Shown piece by piece: positions 39,562 through 40,446 of a stretch of 40,446 bases of DNA (positions within the stretch are counted from its first letter, which is position 1; each line of letters opens with the position of its first letter). This stretch comes from a candidate division WOR-3 bacterium (GTDB lineage Bacteria > Hydrothermota > Tepidihabitantia > Tepidihabitantales > Tepidihabitantaceae). Location of the stretch: the NCBI GenBank assembly GCA_965649205.1, contig CBFGJV010000020.1:1-40446 (forward strand), in the 5' to 3' direction. Both the position numbers and the translations under genes were made by a program. The notes below the pieces were generated by a model. It was not told the DNA's origin. It saw only the letters and a list, made by a program, of their open reading frames with translations, and did no database searches.

Positions 39562-40103
39562 AATACTATGCCTCCTTCTTTTGTTCTGTTCGCGTATTTC
39601 CTCAGGGAACACAATAAGAAACCCCTGTGTCCGCTAGCTGTGGGCGAAGTCTCCGTCTGCTATCGGGAGTGTTAGAGCTGAATTCGGCGGGGTGTCAAGA
39701 AGCGCAAGAAAGTGACTTGGCGACCCAGCAGTCTAGAATCTGACCCAAACATCAAGCCAGAAGGCAAAAGCCAAAGGTCAGAAACTGTCGTTACCAGATA
39801 ACCTTGACGCCGTGGCGACAGAGAAAAGGGGGGTGATATACAGAGCAGATTCAACGCTACCAGGCAGGCCGAATTTACGAGTGATGCGACCACCCCACTT
39901 GGTTCATAGGATGCTCCGAGTGACGGCGTTGATTGCGATACTGCCTGACTGCCGGAACGCATAACCTTCAGTGCGTTATGGATGTTACTGCCCTATAGCC
40001 ACAGGAGGGCTATCGATAAAGCCCTAAGGACAGAACTTGTGGCTGTCTTTACTATATCTGGACAGAATATGGTTGTTACTCTCTTAATTATCTGTCTGGC
40101 GCG

Positions 40104-40446
40104 ATGAAAGTACACACTGGGCCGCCCAGTGCTGTCTTGCAAGAAATACTGGAAACCCTGCCGCAGGGATGCCCAATCTGTCATCCCGTCAGTCGGCATA
40201 CTACACGTTGGATTGATACTATGCTCTATGAACGGGTGAACTACATCAGCACCCAGAAGCAACTGCGCAACTCTCTGGGTTTCTACAACCAACATGCCTG
40301 GCTCATGCGTTCTGCCGGCGACGTACTGGGGCAGACCATCATCTACGAAGACCTCATAAAAGCCGGCAGATTTGAACTCCACTTGGAAGACACCGACCTC
40401 CGCCGCCTCACCGACGAAGTACTCGTTCTGGAAACTGCCCGCAGCC
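40104..40446 (+). CDS. DUF6062-like N-terminus fused in frame to a histidine-kinase fragment; open at window end
   Basis: Manual translation: MKVHTGPPSAVLQEILETLPQGCPICHPVSRHTTRWIDTMLYERVNYISTQKQLRNSLGFYNQHAWLMRSAGDVLGQTIIYEDLIK|AGRFELHLEDTDLRRLTDEVLVLETARS; missing from the ORF track because it has no stop. Confidence 0.65.
   Translation, partial: MKVHTGPPSAVLQEILETLPQGCPICHPVSRHTTRWIDTMLYERVNYISTQKQLRNSLGFYNQHAWLMRSAGDVLGQTIIYEDLIKAGRFELHLEDTDLRRLTDEVLVLETARS
40360..40446 (+). repeat. Exact 87-bp direct repeat of 14079-14165
   Basis: AAGCCGGCAGATTTGAACTCCACTTGG...GAAACTGCCCGCAGCC is identical at both sites. Confidence 0.95.

Noticed and set aside
39040..39990. Integron attC sites or a riboswitch among the small accessory genes
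   Set aside because: No convincing paired RYYYAAC/GTTRRRY boxes, no integrase and no clear riboswitch consensus; an Infernal or IntegronFinder scan would settle it.
39993..40382. Minus-strand 129-aa ORF
   Set aside because: Antisense to the more protein-like plus-strand DUF6062-like frame, and it begins inside the duplicated kinase fragment.
14079..40446. Prophage or ICE bounded by 87-bp attL/attR
   Set aside because: The interval holds housekeeping genes (tsaC, thiL, nrdD, rng) and no integrase or phage genes; duplication or artefact is more likely.

Overview
Bacterial chromosomal window of moderately high GC. The gene content (PorV-like and FlgD/T9SS-type C-terminal-domain proteins, Wzi-like barrel, long GreA) suggests a diderm of the FCB/WOR-3 type; this is inference only. 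The left end holds cas1-cas2 and a 14-repeat CRISPR array, probably type III-associated. The module is bracketed by purine-rich 15-mer repeats and followed by a four-helix-bundle (IVP/Avd-like) gene with complementary heptamer repeats. The middle is mostly housekeeping: rocD, a two-component pair, nadC, dprA, obg, coaD, rsmD, a CDF transporter, CapA, greA-like, tsaC, mazG-like, thiL, nrdD, rng and a radical SAM gene. It also carries an uncharacterised five-gene membrane operon with two FN3+DUF6754-like paralogues. An unannotated 20-aa Lys-rich mini-gene has its own promoter, SD and terminator. The right end is a decaying accessory region: a PD-(D/E)XK pseudogene, a short WG-repeat protein, and a DUF6062-like ORF fused in frame to an exact 87-bp copy of a kinase gene 26 kb upstream. 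Twelve sigma70-like promoters have a 16-bp spacer and many drive apparently leaderless mRNAs. Family assignments come from motif recognition, not database searches.
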